The notes beneath the pieces were generated by a model. It was not told the DNA's origin and searched no databases. It saw only the letters and a program-made list of their open reading frames with translations. Of a stretch of 64,000 bases of DNA, positions 50,215 to 64,000 are shown piece by piece. Position 1 is the first letter of the stretch. Each line of letters starts with the position of its first letter. This DNA comes from Octopus vulgaris. Its lineage: Eukaryota. The DNA lies in assembly GCA_951406725.2 (NCBI GenBank), contig OX597815.1, positions 29,388,001 to 29,452,000 of the forward strand, given 5' to 3'. The translations under genes and the position numbers were made by a program.

Positions 50215-52636
50215 TAATAATAATAATAGCAAAATATTTTAAGGATACAGTTCATTTGAGTAATACATCTGGATACATTAAATGCTTACCACATCAACAT
50301 GCCAGGCATCACAGGTAAGAAATTTTAGCTAATCATCATAATGTAAAGAAATATGAAATATCTCCAGTAATTGTAAATGGTTCTTTATGCAGATTTAAAA
50401 AGTAAATAAAAATAAAAACAAGAACTGCAAACATTATATTATATGATCATTAAGATATTTCGAGCTGCAGATGCAGACTATATCTCCTATATTATAATCC
50501 TACTAGTCGTTGCAGAGTTCGAATAAGTTGATAGTTTGGGAGGGGTACTACACATAGTTTTTATCGAATAAGGCCAGAATAAAATCACGCGATCAGGACT
50601 TTATGATATTCACCATAAGGACAGTGTTTTCTTTTTTTCATTATTTACCAAAATATATAGACTAGTGAGATAAATAATTGATGAAGTAATAAAAGAGCGG
50701 GGTGGAATCAAGCCGAAATGAGAATAATAATCAATAGATCAAGACATTTATGTGACAATTTGATCAAAATTAAGTAAACAAACAAGAGAAGCTGCAGTTA
50801 TCATAAAATAATCTAACAGATTTAAAGAGTAAAAATAGATTTAGATGCATTTATATGCATCTATTAATTGCAGTATTGTTGCACAATTAGTCAAATACAA
50901 GTGAAATAATAAGATAAGTAGCCAAACTTAGCTATGACCAATTGTCACAATTCCTAGACAGATTAATTTAGATGTAACCTTTCTGCATTATCTGAATACC
51001 ATGAATTGCAGCTGCACTTCAAGTAGTAGTAGTTACAATATAGCAAGCAGCAATTTGCTGCAGTAAAACCAACCAGAGCTGCAATATTGGCTGCACACTG
51101 ACATCACACAGCTGCAGTTTCTAGTTATTTCTTTCTATTTAAACACTTTCTACTTGAAGTAAAACAGTTGAATGAAGGGGCAGTGCTGTTAAGTTGACTC
51201 ATATTACCGTCGGCTGTTGATTTCTTCACTTCAGTCTGAGAAGTTCCGTACAACTATGTAAACATTAATCTTGGGAATTTTAAAAATCCTATTTATGAAA
51301 TGAGATAAGAACAAATAAATAAGAGGGATGGGATCTGGAGGGAAGAATATGATGCAAGCATTTGGAAAAACTTAGCAAGGATTAGGGCAGTTGGATTAGC
51401 AATGTAGAGTTGAAATTTTAACCCTAATGAACGAGGTTGTTCTTTGTCCTTGAATTACAGACAATTAAGTATGAACTGTTTTCCAATTCTGAGCTATTTT
51501 AAAAGTCCCTTTCTAAATATTAAACCTAGGGCTTTGTAAGTAAATATAAACTATAAACACAAATAGATGTATACATATTATCAAACACATATATATGAAC
51601 ATATAACTGGTAAGTAAAATAAAACCATGTAAATCTAAAATTGAAGTTTATCTGTAATTGATGTATAATAGATGAGTGGTTTGGTTGTCAAGAACCTAGG
51701 TTAAAACTTTGACATTAGAGAAACTGCCTTTTGCTATGGGCAGGTTGATTAACATACCTCCCCTTAATTTGAGGGACTCAAATACCAGTACTGTTTTTAG
51801 GAAAGAATTGTTGGAGACAGAAATTACTGTATTTTCCAACATACAAGCCAAGTTTTTCAGACCAAAATATACAGAAAAAAATTGGTAAACTTAAACACCA
51901 AGACTACTTTGGAGGACCAAAAATTCCATGTGAAATCCATCAGGATTTGGGAAGATAATGATGAGGTTTGAATGTTTACACTATATTCCACCTTGACTTG
52001 TATGCCAGAAAATATGGTATATACAACTGTAAAAAAACTCTTGAAATCACTACAGTAAGATCCCATTGAAAGTAATACACTAAATTAGTTTACCAAATGT
52101 TTAAATGACAAGCCCTGAACAATAGCCAGCTTGGCATCAAATAAGGGAGCCAATTGGTCTGCTGGGGATCTTCCTGAAAGAAAATTCATTGTATTAAGCA
52201 CCAAGCCCACAAGTTTTATTTTTCTTCTACAACTGTACAATATACCAGCAGATGAAATGGCTATGGGTAATTTGTAAATAACAATATAAGATTTTACAAA
52301 ACTCAGTACAATTTAAAGATAAAAATATAGTTACAGAACTGGTGGTCTAGTGATAGTCTGCAGTGGCAAGAACCAGATCAAAATATCTGATGTATCAGCT
52401 GTGAATAATGAGATGAAGCTAAAATTATTGAGATTTATTCAATGATATAATTCTTATGTAACTGAGAATTGCATCAAGAGTTTAAGAGTAGAACTGAAAT
52501 GCAATCCCTTTCCTCATGGAAAACTCAATGCTTTTAGAGGCCTCTTTAAAAAAAGCAATGTTCGTAGAATTTTCAAAGAGAACTTGCTTTTTTTTCAGAT
52601 GTCTGTGAAGTTGAAGTCAACATTCTAGATAACATT

Positions 52637-53498
52637 CATCATCGTTTAACGTCCGTTTTCCGGGCTAGCACGGGTTGGACGGTTCGACCGGGGTCTGGGA
52701 AGCCAGGGGCTGCACCAGGCTCCAGTCTGATCTGGCAGTGTTTCAACAGCTGGATGCCCTTCCTAACGCCAACCACTCCGCGAGTGTAGTGGGTGCTTTT
52801 TACGTGCCACCTGCACAGGTGCCAGGGAGGTCTGGCATCGGCCACGATCGGTTGGTGCTTTTAACGTGCCACTGGCACGGAAGCCAGTCAAGGCGGCACT
52901 GGCATCGGCCACGTTCGGATGGTGCTTTTTATGTGCCACTGGCACAGAAGCCAGTCATCATCATTCAGAAAACAAAATCTTTTCACTTCCTTAAACTGTC
53001 TCTCTTAATTAACTTTTCTACACTACTTCAATGTCAAGCCATAACTTTGCTTTTATTCTTCTTATTCTGTAAAGGTATACAGTCAGGTAGGTAGGAGTGT
53101 AGGGCATATGACCATATGATAGCTGGTTCAATTTCTGAACTGGATAGCGCTTTGTGTCTTCAAGCAAAGCACTTATTACATATTACTTAGCTAAACAAGT
53201 ACCAACCAAGTGCTGGTGTAGCCTTTTCTTGCTCCATCTGTCACATCCTTGATATTCCATTGGATCAAGGGTAGGAAAGCTGTGAGGATATCTTTTTTAC
53301 TTGCATCCACATAGGCAGCTGGTGGCCAGTACTAGGATCATGTAGCTAGCACCCACTACACTTTTAGAGTGGTTGGCATTAGGAAAGGCATCCAAATCAG
53401 TTTGGAACCTGGTACAGCTCCCCAGTTCTCAGTCAAACCATCCAACCCATGCCAGCATGGAAAACAGATGTATGATAATGATGATGATGATGATGATG
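52637..53498. mobile_element. Two family B copies in inverted orientation (52637-52954 -, 53349-53498 +)
   Basis: Complementary conserved blocks about 400 nt apart. Confidence 0.8.
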
Positions 53499-54479
53499 AA
53501 ACATGATATATGCCATTGAATCATAGTTGCTTGTCAGTGATGGTTATGGTTATTCTACAGTAGTTTATCTTCTGAATTCATCAGAAATATCTCACCTGTA
53601 TGGCATCTTTTCTGCTCTCTATTACTTTAGACATAGTTCTTTATCTTGTAGATCACTTCTGTGGAATTCCCTTTTACCTCATGTATTTCAACACTACTAA
53701 TACTGATCTTTTTAATTTCTTAGTTCCAAGAGATAAAACAGATACTAAATTTGTTTATAAAGACAATTGGATGTGGTTAGCTTGATTAATGCTTAATTTG
53801 AATTGTTAAGAAGTTGGGGAAATGTGAAATGGAAGGGAATTCCTGTAGGTTCAAATTCACCAATCCTTCTTTTTTTTTTTACCATAGAGTGTAACAAGAA
53901 AGATCCTGCTGTGGTTGACAAAATAGTAAGTTTCCAAAAACTGGGCTCAATATAATTAACAACATTTTTAGAAGATAGGTGCTCCAGCATGGTTACGGTC
54001 AAATGACTGAAACCAATAAATGAATAACAAGTTTACAACTCTATGCCCTCACTAATTCCAACTTCTCAGCCATGAAATGGCAATGGTAAATATTTGCAAA
54101 CAGACTGATTGCATTGTCTTATATCACAAAGGATATAACAGAATCACTCATTACATAACCACACAGCGATTGTACATAAAAATTCTAAGACGTATATTAG
54201 CTTTAGTAGATTCTAACATTGGAATGATATTTATATACTGTAAATATAACTACCCTTTACACACACACACACATGCATATCTTCATTTATTATCTTCATT
54301 CCCATCATTTATTATTCCATGGTAGGATAGAAAAACAAACATTTTCATTTTTTATTGCCTCTGTTCTTGATAGTTTCTTCTGATGTCTAATGTGAGTCAG
54401 TTGAAACTGGCTAATTACCATCCCCTCTCTACTTATCTTTACTCAGGCTGAACTGAACAATGACTCCAAGCCTTCTTCA

Positions 54480-55260
54480 TTCTACTTTTATCATAAATTT
54501 TTCATCATATGTTCATTTGCCTTAGTCTTTATTATATGTCCACTTGTTTCAGTCTTCACCATATGTCCACATTTACTGATTTTTACTATATACTGGCTTA
54601 TACAAATTTTCATCACATGTCTACTGTATTTTATGGCAAACAAATTGATGCAGCATATAAGCATCATAATGTAAACATTATCACTAGCTTTTCAAATCCT
54701 GCTGCATTTCATGCAGAATCTTTGGTCCTCCAAAGCCATCTGGGTGTATTAAACTGACTGACCTAACTTTATTGGTTAAAAACTCTGGTTTGAAAAATTA
54801 AACTTGTATGGTAGAAAATATGGTACATGCAGTAATCATTACAGAATGTCCAGATTTACCAATCTTCACCATATGACCACATCTACCAGCCATCACCATA
54901 TATACATGTAGCAATTTTCAACATATGTCCATATATATCAATCTTCACCATATGGTTACATTTACCAATTTGTATCATGTCAACATGTATTGATCTTCCT
55001 CATATGTCCAGATTTACCAATTTTCCCCCAGTATCCATATTAAAAAAACTTCTACCATATACCCACATGTAGCAATTTTCATCTATTGTCTATATTTACC
55101 AATTTTTGCCACATGTTCACATTTACCAATTTTCACCAATCTTCATCATATATCCAAATGCAAGAATCTTGACCATATGTCCACATACACCAATTTTCAT
55201 CATATGCCTATTTGTATTACATTTTCTCAATATGTTAGCTTGTATCAATTTTCATCATAC
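54480..55260. repeat. Degenerate ~27-bp minisatellite (atttaccaatcttcaccatatgtccac-like)
   Basis: Recurring caat(c/t)ttcaccatatgtcca units at ~27-nt spacing, two blocks. Confidence 0.75.
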
Positions 55261-55720
55261 AATGTACTAAATTTTATCCCATAACCACCAACTTTTAACC
55301 TTTCTGCAAACCACAAAACTTCATTATTTGACCTTTCCACTAATATCTTGCTGTATGTGTTTATATAACTTGAATCAATTTTTCATGAAGTAACATCAAA
55401 TAAACAGTGTCACATTCTGCTTTCTCATGATGACATGAAAGTTATTCAATTTTTTTTCTTTGGCTTTAGCATCATCTGTTTGTAGAAACCATATTTTGCA
55501 TACACTTGTTATAAAACAGTTACATGTTCTCAGAACTATCCAACTCATGTAAATATGGGAGAATATGTGTGTGTGTGTATCAGATTGGAGCTTGGTGCAG
55601 CCATCTGGCTCGTCGGTCCTCAGTCAAACCATCCAATCCATGCCAGCATGGAAAGCAGACATTAAACAATGATGATGTGTGTATGTGTATATATATATGT
55701 GTGTGTGTGTGTGTGTATAG

Positions 55721-56288
55721 GGGTGTAACCAGCCCACTTATGCGTATCTTTCCTTCATTGGACACTAAACTCTGCTTGCGAAGACCTGTTGAGGCAAGTG
55801 AAATCAAAATCAAAATCAAATTCGATGACTGGCATCCGTGCTAGTAGAGCGCTAAGAGCACCATCCAAGCATGATCGTTGCCAGAGCAGCTAACTGGCTT
55901 CCGTGCCGGTGGCACATAAGAGGCACCATTTGAGTGTGATCGTTACTGGCGTCACCTTACTGGCATTTTTGCCGGTGGCACATGAAAAATCATTTGAACG
56001 AGGTCATTGCCAGTGCTGCTGGACTGGCTCCTGTGCAGGTGGCACGTAAAAAACACCATTTGAGCATGGCTGTTGCCAGTACCACCTGACTGGCCCTTGT
56101 GCTGGTGGCACATAAAAGCACCCACTACACTCTCGGAGTGGTTGGCGTTAGGAAGGGCAGCCAGCTGTAGAAACTCTGCTAGATCAAGATTGGAGCTTGA
56201 TGCAACCATCTGGTTCGCCAGTCCTCAGTCAAATCGTCCAACCCATGCTAGCATGGAAAGCAGACATTAAACGATGGTGATGATGATG

Positions 56289-56290
<2 letters not shown>
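55721..56290 (+). mobile_element. Near full-length family B element
   Basis: Reverse complement of 13688-14259 with extra 5' sequence. Confidence 0.85.
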
Positions 56291-56340
<50 letters not shown>

Positions 56341-56984
56341 ATCAGAAAGAAAATTGTTCTGGGACTTCAAATTTAAATTTTCCACTGGAAAATGTTTTAT
56401 TGTAGTTTACAGCCTGTACTGAATTTTAGAATAAACTGAAATTCCCTTGGCACTGAATGCAAAGAGAGTTTCTTAAAATAATACAAGAATATAGAGAACA
56501 CTATATATGTGTGCAACTGAATTATTATTTTAATGTGATCATTGAATAGAACACATAAAAATATTTTTAACTAACAAAAACAAAAATTGGCTTAAGAAAT
56601 ATCTCATACAAAAATATGTAAATATGCAGAACTTCAACATAATTATGAAAATTATTTTTGATGATGATGAGATCTCTACCTTCTCTATCTAAATGTATGA
56701 AAAAATGCATTTAATAACTCGATTCTCATTTGTCACTTTGACTTGGTTATATTTATTTCTAATTGGATTGCAAAGCCCAACAAAATATTTTTTTGTCACT
56801 TGATTTCACTTTTTTAAAAATATCTTAATACAACTTTAGAAGTTTATGATTTGCAGACACTAACAATAACAAAGCCCTGAAGATGGGCAGGCCTTACTAC
56901 ATTTATTGATTATTGATTAATTTACTCCCAAATCATAAACATTGAGTTTTAGATATAATAAAATTGATAGAAAAGCTGTCTTAG

Positions 56985-57218
56985 CCTTTTAGCATTTAAA
57001 TCAGGTAGAATATTTGGGTTGGATATTGCAATATCGAACCCAAATATTCTACCTGTATTTTGTTCAAGATGGCCAGATTCAGCTTCTCACAGCTATTCTA
57101 CTATGTCATTCTAAAAATAAACAGTCACATCATAAAAATCTCAAAGTTACAAGATTAATTCAAAACAATGTGAATGGATAAGCATTAAATTTAATAGAAT
57201 AATTTGAATACTAAAGGG
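56985..57218. mobile_element. piggyBac-type MITE (family D) carrying a 54-bp palindrome
   Basis: Ends CTAAAGGG|TTAA; homologous to 21629-21849. Confidence 0.8.
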
Positions 57219-57589
57219 TTAAATATAATTCCAACAGAAATAAATCCAACTGAATTCTAGTGTCTAATGAAGTTTACTCAGACATAAGCTCAAGGCACGG
57301 CCACTCACTAAAAATTCATTCTTAAATGCTGATGCAAATGAAATAACTTTACATTTGTTACATCTCTAATTGCTTGTTGCTAACCAAAAATATACTTTTA
57401 ATTTTAGAAATATTGACTCATTCATTTAAAAATAAAATGTTTTATCTTCATTAAATGGAGATTATTTTCATAAATGGAGATTAACATTAAATTGAAAGAG
57501 CTTGCAGTGTTTCCATATAACATCGAATCATCATTTTATGTTTATTTTTTCATGCTTGAATAGGTCTTCTACAGCACAGCTTCTCATCA

Positions 57590-58930
57590 TTTGATACAAT
57601 CCTTTATAATCTCCTTTGTAAATTTCAGTCTGCTGAGATCAGCTTCCACCTTTCCTTTCTATGTCTTCTTTGATCTTTCCCTCCCACAGGTTCATCCTGC
57701 CTGGGTCACTTGACACTTTTGTACCCAGCTATCATCCTCCATACATGTCACATCTCTGTATCACTTCAGTCTTTTTTCTAGCACACAACATCTGATTCCT
57801 CTTATATCCAGCTTTCTTCTTGAGTCATTACACATCTATCTGTGCACACTTGACTCATTTCTTTTCAGCCTTTGTATTGAATTCTGCCCATGTTTCCTTA
57901 ACATGCAATTTTTCTAATTTATCTTGAAGAAGAATTGCTTTGTTGCCAGTAGGGGTAATAGCTCCTGGAACATTTTTCACCTTGCTTTTACTCAACTTGC
58001 TCTGCTTTTGGAACACTCTTCACCACAGCTAATTATGCCACCTAGATAACAGAAGTTATCAACTAATTCTAGTGCATTCTCTGAGGTTTTGCTCTCACTG
58101 CTCACCCTTTTGCACATCTATTAGCCTGCATACAATCCCACTGCATTTCTTGTATAACTATAGTTTACAATAGGCATATCAAAGTTTTTGGTATTCTTAC
58201 CTATATTTTTTTCTACATAATGAACATGGCCTCTTTTAAAATGTATGTAGAGTCCTGATTTTTTCCTTGAGTCTAGGCTTTACATGTCTGGAAGTGCTTC
58301 TCTAATTCTTTGACAGATTTGGTTTTAAAAACTAGAGCATTGACATACAAATTCTCATGGACAACTGGTTTTATGCCTGGAGAGCTATAATAAACAAGAA
58401 GGGCAGAGAATTGACCCTTGTTGGACACCTACTGCATGCTAGATCCTTTACTGAGTTCAATGCCAGCTTTCTGACAGTTGGTTTGCATGGCTCTCATAAA
58501 CCGTTCAACTACCCTTAGTTTTCTTAGCAAACCATCAGAGTATGGCATCTTGTCAAAGACTTTCTCTAAGCCAATGAATGTGAGGTATAGAGGGTACAGT
58601 GGCTTGTCTTTTACTAAGAACTACTCCTGTAGTTCTTGTACTAGGAAGATGGCATCAGTGATACCTCATCCTAGCACAAATCTGCAATGTTTCTTATCTG
58701 AGTTAATTTTCTTCTTAATCAGTTGCGCTATAACTCCTTCCAGAGCTCAGTCCATCAGTCTGATATCTCTGCAGTTCTTTTTGTAGCAAGTAATGATACT
58801 ACTATGCCATCAATGGAAATGACACATTTCTGTTCTACTTGATTGACTATGTGAAAAGCTAGCACTTCACTGGATATTTTCATCTTATTGACTATGGTTG
58901 ATGGCCATTTCAACCAGATAGCTGGTCTCT
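57590..58930 (-). mobile_element. Degenerate RTE-clade LINE, opposite orientation to 37230-38770
   Basis: Minus strand carries GVQQGSILCPSCL-like and FCYLG remnants; many stops; boundaries approximate. Confidence 0.65.
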
Positions 58931-61340
58931 CTGTTGGAGCTATTTGAGGAAGTTCTTTTCACTGCCATGCATTCCCTAAATTCAGTAGCCTCTTGTAGCA
59001 ACATAACCATGCCTCTTTCTTCTCAGCGCCAGTGAGAGCAAGGGTGCCGCTATCATTACATACTCCTCAGCAACAATCTGCCAATTCATACTGACACACT
59101 GTTTTATAGCTGGAAGCCTATTCTGGTACAAATTATTCAACACTAACATTATTAGATAAATATATAAGAAGCTATTAAGATGAAAGAACATACACAGATG
59201 GATATTAGTGTGGACACAGTACTTAGTTTCATTTAACTGATAGCCCCACATCTCCCTCTCTCTCCCTCCCCGCTTTCTCTACTCTTTCTTTCAAATGAAT
59301 ATATGCAAAATATTTCTATTTAAAATCACGTAATTTCCAACAAGGAGTGTCTTAAACTATAATTTCCAAGAATTTAAAATATGAAAATAACTTATTAAAA
59401 GTCAGTAATACAAATTTCATGTTGAAGTCTTTAGAAAGACTTCAACAAATTAGGAAACTCATTCACCTAATCAAGAACAAAACAAAATAGTGAAATGCTT
59501 TATTGCATATTTCCTTTTCTATATTTAGTCAACTCCAGTGATCTCCTAAGTCTATTCATATCTACATAGATTGATCCCAAACATTATTTATATATATGTT
59601 ACCCATTCACAAACTACAATCTACAACAGTTCATTGTGGTTGTCATCAGGTTAGATATTTGTTGTCATGTGTCACTTAAATGTCTAACATTAATGAGATC
59701 ATTTCTTGCCAGAGTGGTATAACTTTAAAAATATATCTAAATTCTGATTTCCATTAAGTTCCAGTTTGATCAGAGCAGATAAATGAAATTCAAAGACAGT
59801 CAGACAGTAAGTGATTAGAGTTTATTTCCCTATTATCAAAATCTATAGGTTTGTTTCAATTTTGATTAGATTTTGTCATTGAAATAAATCATAAAAGTTT
59901 CACAAGGACTTTGAAACAATGTTATCAAAAACGTGTTCTTTAAGCAAAAATAGATGTTGTTGTTTTAACTTAGAAAATATAGAAATAATTCATTGCACTA
60001 AAAAAATGTAATCTTTATGAAAGCCTTTCTAAATGATAAACCAATTAATAGGATATTAATTTAATACTTCAAAGCCTGAATAGATAAGGTGTGAAACACT
60101 TGGCTTCTAAGTAGAAAACTTTTTGCTTGTTACTACTACTACAGTGAATAAATATTTATATTTTTACTTGGTTGGGGTCAATGTCCTGAATTTTCCTGCT
60201 TCTGTCAAACTAGCTGCGCATAGAAATGCAACTTGATAGTATGGATGCATCCAGAAGAGAAGCAATTTGGCAATAGATAGCAATTTAAAGAAACCTGATG
60301 CACAAGTGAGTGGTTTACACTTCTAACATTGAACAATACCTAAAAAGATAATCTTTCACTCAGAAAAGAAGGAAAAAGAAAATCACTAATCTCTCACCAA
60401 GGAACACCAAAAGAAGCTTATGTATACAGCACAGAAACAGTGTGTCAAAGCAGCATAAGATCAAACAACACTTTAATGAAAAATTATGAGATTAGACTTG
60501 TCTTTCGTAACATAAAGAAAAAAAAACAAATGCAATACTAAATTTTTTACAAGAGCATTGTCATCAGAATCTACAGCACCAGACCTATTTCGTTGTGCTA
60601 TAGATAGTTTGGATAAAAATAGTATGTAGTTTTGCTTGAAGCTAAACAGTAAAAATAATCAGCTGTTTTTATGTATGTGAACATGAATGAAATTTTGTAA
60701 ATACCTCACACAGCATCATGAACACACACAAACAAATACAGACATTTAGTGATGGATGGATACACTCATGCACACATTCATTTTTCTCTTTTACTGGTTT
60801 GTCATTGGACTGTGGTTATGGTAGGGTACTGTCTTTAGAAAATTTTAATCAATCATATTACTGGTACTTATTTCCATATGGTACATCCTTTACAGTTGTC
60901 TTTTTATCAAACAGTTAAGTTACTGTCTGAATTAAAGGAAGGTAACTCAACAGACCGTTTTATACCATCAAGTAAAAGTAAATGGAGAACTATCCGTTTT
61001 GACAATAAGAATTCAATTATTTGGTCAACTGAACTACTTTCTCACTGAATTAGCATATAAGTGGCTGAGTATTCTTCAGACACAAATACCATTAGAGTGA
61101 TTTAGAAGCAAAATTAGCATGATAGAATGTGACAAAGAAGTATTTTTGAATTATAGGTAGGCTTCCAGATAACATCTCTCTACCCAGTTTCACTTGGATG
61201 AAACTGAAGCTGTGATAAAAAATATCTGCTCCAAATGCCATACAGTGGGACTGAACCTGGAGCCTTCAGGCCACTCACACAAGTATACACAAACAGATAT
61301 ATAGACATCTGTCTGACTGTCTGTCTATCTATCTATATAT

Positions 61341-62458
61341 CAAAAAGAGGCCGAGGAAGTGCGAATGGCACCACGAGTGTTGCGTTGCTCTCAAGCAACT
61401 CTGCTGTCCCGGGTCGACTTTGAGTGACTCCAACACAACCCAAGCATTCTATAGGGGATTAGTGGAGGGGAGGTACGACGACGAGCTCGGGGCGAACCTG
61501 GACGTCGACGAGGAATACCTGACCCGCCTGTTCAGGATGACTTTCGGGCCAGGGCCCATGGACAACTTCCAGAGATCCCTGGCCTGGCAGTGCTACCGAG
61601 AAGCGCTACCCATTCGAGATAAGCTCTACAGACATGGCTCGAGAAACACGGGGCCGACCTGCCCAAGATGCGGTCAGAGCGACGAAACCATTCTGCATGC
61701 ACTCGTGCAGTGTCCAACAATTTCCGACCTGTGGGCTTATGTCAAACAACTACTGTCATGTGTGGGACGAGTCGGTTTATCAGCCGAGTCTATCATCAAT
61801 ATTGTCACGTCTCCTTCCTTCAAACAGGAAGGAAGAGCTATTTTCATCATCCTTGTGGCTATAGCAAAAGAATGTATCTGGTGGACGCGTCTGAAAGGAT
61901 TGGAGACAAACACTTTCCTCTCTGGTCAATCTCTCATCAACTTCTTCAAGTATCACTTGAAAAGGAAAGTGAGAGTAGAGAGGCAAGTTTTGTCTAGCGA
62001 ATGTTTTAAAAAAAGATGGGTGAATGTAGCAAGGATGGTATGTATGAATGACGAAGCCACCTTGAGCATAATCCTATGAACTCAGAAATTGAAAACAGAG
62101 GGTTACCCACTTGCAAACAAATGTGGCAACATGTAACAATATTGACTGAGGTTACCGTGGTCTTTTCCGTAGGCTTTTCTTCCCACGGATAAACCTTATC
62201 TGCTTTCCCCTTTATACCGTACATCATGATACTGTGATACACGACCCCTATTGATCGTTTTTTTTCTTTTCCCCTTTTTTCCTTTCTTTTTTCTTCTTTT
62301 TTTTTCTTTTCTTTTGTTTCTTTTCCTTTTTTTTCTTTTTTCTTCTTTCCCTTTTACGATCCCTTTTGATCGAAAACCTACCACACATTTTTTTTCTCCA
62401 AAAAAAAGAAAAGCTCTACTTTGTAATCTGTCCCGTCTGTGCGGCTAATAAAGAAACA
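61341..62458 (+). mobile_element. 5'-truncated L1/Tx1-clade LINE with zf-RVT domain, young insertion
   Basis: Open frame with WQCYREALPIRDKL...CPRCGQSDETILHALVQC (zf-RVT-like), pyrimidine-rich 3' UTR, AATAAA, 15-bp TSD TATCTATCTATATAT at 61326-61340 and 62459-62473. Confidence 0.88.
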
Positions 62459-62486
62459 TATCTATCTATATATAGCTTTTATTTTT

Positions 62487-62883
62487 TTTATTTGTTTCAG
62501 TCGTTTAACTGTGGCCATGCTGGTGCAATGCCTTGAAGGGTTTTAGTTAAACAAATTGACCCAAGGACTTATTTTTTGAAGTCTAGTACTAATTCTATCG
62601 GTCACTTTTTGCCAAATCGCTAAGTTATGGGGGAGGTAAAAACATCAACACTAGTTGTCAAGTGGTGGTGGTGGGACAAACACAGACACACACATATATA
62701 TTCATATATATATATATATACAACAGGCTTCTTTCAGTTTCTGTCTACCAAATCCACTTTCAAGGATTTGGTTGGTCTGAGGCTACAGTAGAAGACACTT
62801 ACCCAAGATGTCATGCAGTGGGACTGAACCCAAAACCATGTGGTTGAGAAGCAAGCTTCTTACCACACAGCCATGCTTACTGC
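62487..62883 (-). mobile_element. SINE family A
   Basis: Homologous to 1058-1476. Confidence 0.8.
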
Positions 62884-62894
62884 TATATATGTGT

Positions 62895-62929
<35 letters not shown>

Positions 62930-63028
62930 GTGCATGTATACTTACATGCATATACACACATGCCCCTTCACACATATATTGCAAGCTTCTACACTATTTT
63001 GGTCACCCAAATTCCTCATTAGTTAACC

Positions 63029-63263
63029 AAGGCAGCGAGCTGGCAGAAACGTTAGCATGCCGGGCGAAATGCTCAGCGGTATTTCGTCTGCCATTATGTT
63101 CTGAGTTCAAATTCTGCCGAGGTCAACTTTGCCTTTCATCCTTTCGGTGTCGATTAAATAAGTACCAGTTATGCACTGGGGTCGATATAATCGACTTAAT
63201 CCGTTTGTCTGTCCTTGTTTGTTCCCTCTGTGTTTAGCCCCTTGTGGGCAGTAAAGAAATAGG
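63029..63263 (+). mobile_element. SINE family C, full length
   Basis: tRNA-like head GGCAGCGAGCTGGCAGAAACG...GAGTTCAAATTC and conserved core. Confidence 0.85.
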
Positions 63264-64000
63264 TTAACCTGAGTCTACAGAAGAAGACAATTCAAGATGC
63301 TATGGACTGGACTGAGATCAAACCCCAAACCATATAGTTGTAAAGTGATCTTCTTGACTATATAGCCATGTCAGCACATACATAGTTTAGTTTGCAGTTA
63401 TGAAAAGCAGAGAAATAAAACTGAAGTTAGCAACAGAGGTAAGATACAGCTTCAAATACATGAATAAAGATACACAAATAAAGACAACAAACAGGCCAAG
63501 AAGAGAAATCTCTACAGACTCTTTTATAGATAACTGAGATTAAGTAATAACAGTTTAAATTTACACTGACATGAAAAATCAGAACAGTACTTAAGTATTT
63601 ACAAAAGAAGCAAAGAAAAATAAAAGGTGGGAGCAGACAATGAAGTGGGTAGAGGGAGGTAAGATACAACAATAGATATATAGAAGAGGTGTGGAATAAA
63701 ATAAATCAGGCAGTACATAGCAATCATCTTATGAAGTGTCCAATTTTTTTATATATATATACTATAGTATTGTTATTGTTGCTGTTGGTGATGACAGATG
63801 GTGGTGATGGTGAAGAGAGAGGAGAAATGGTTTTCTGTCAGTATTTCTTAATACACTTCACTAAAAATTTCTCTGTATCACTGAAGAGGGGGATGGAAGC
63901 GAAGATAAGATGAAAAAAGAGATCAAAGAGGTAATGAGGGTCAAGTGGGAGGTGTTTTACAGCTATTAAAAATATATATAAATAAGGAACCAAAGAGAAT

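Noticed and set aside
51350-52476. C/EBP-ATF response elements (TGATGCAA at 51350, ATTGCATCA at 52468)
   Set aside because: Short AT-rich motifs expected by chance here (another at ~4199); transcription start unknown.

Overview
AT-rich eukaryotic genomic DNA, dense in microsatellites and SINEs. The repeat families look like those of an octopus (coleoid cephalopod); this is inferred from remembered repeat families, not a search. The window holds one multi-exon gene on the minus strand, a CREBRF/REPTOR-family bZIP regulator. I assembled seven coding exons by hand, all with GT-AG boundaries and matching phases: 49940-49972, 26222-27524, 20247-20354, 15339-15729, 15023-15096, 13325-13471 and 11117-11268 (2208 nt, 735 aa). 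The rest is intron/UTR filled with four SINE-like families, piggyBac-, mariner- and hAT-type MITEs, RTE, CR1, Tx1/L1 and Penelope fragments, a ~151-bp tandem array and a local duplication. Most notable observations: (1) a leader with an in-frame strong-context CUG plus an out-of-frame uORF whose stop overlaps the main AUG; (2) several minimal hammerhead-ribozyme-like motifs on the sense strand of the 22-kb intron; (3) long intronic hairpins, one with a strong A-C/G-U mismatch bias; (4) inverted SINE pairs flanking a 612-nt, phase-symmetric bZIP exon block that would give a stop-free circular RNA. Most ORFs in the supplied track are microsatellite or SINE artefacts.
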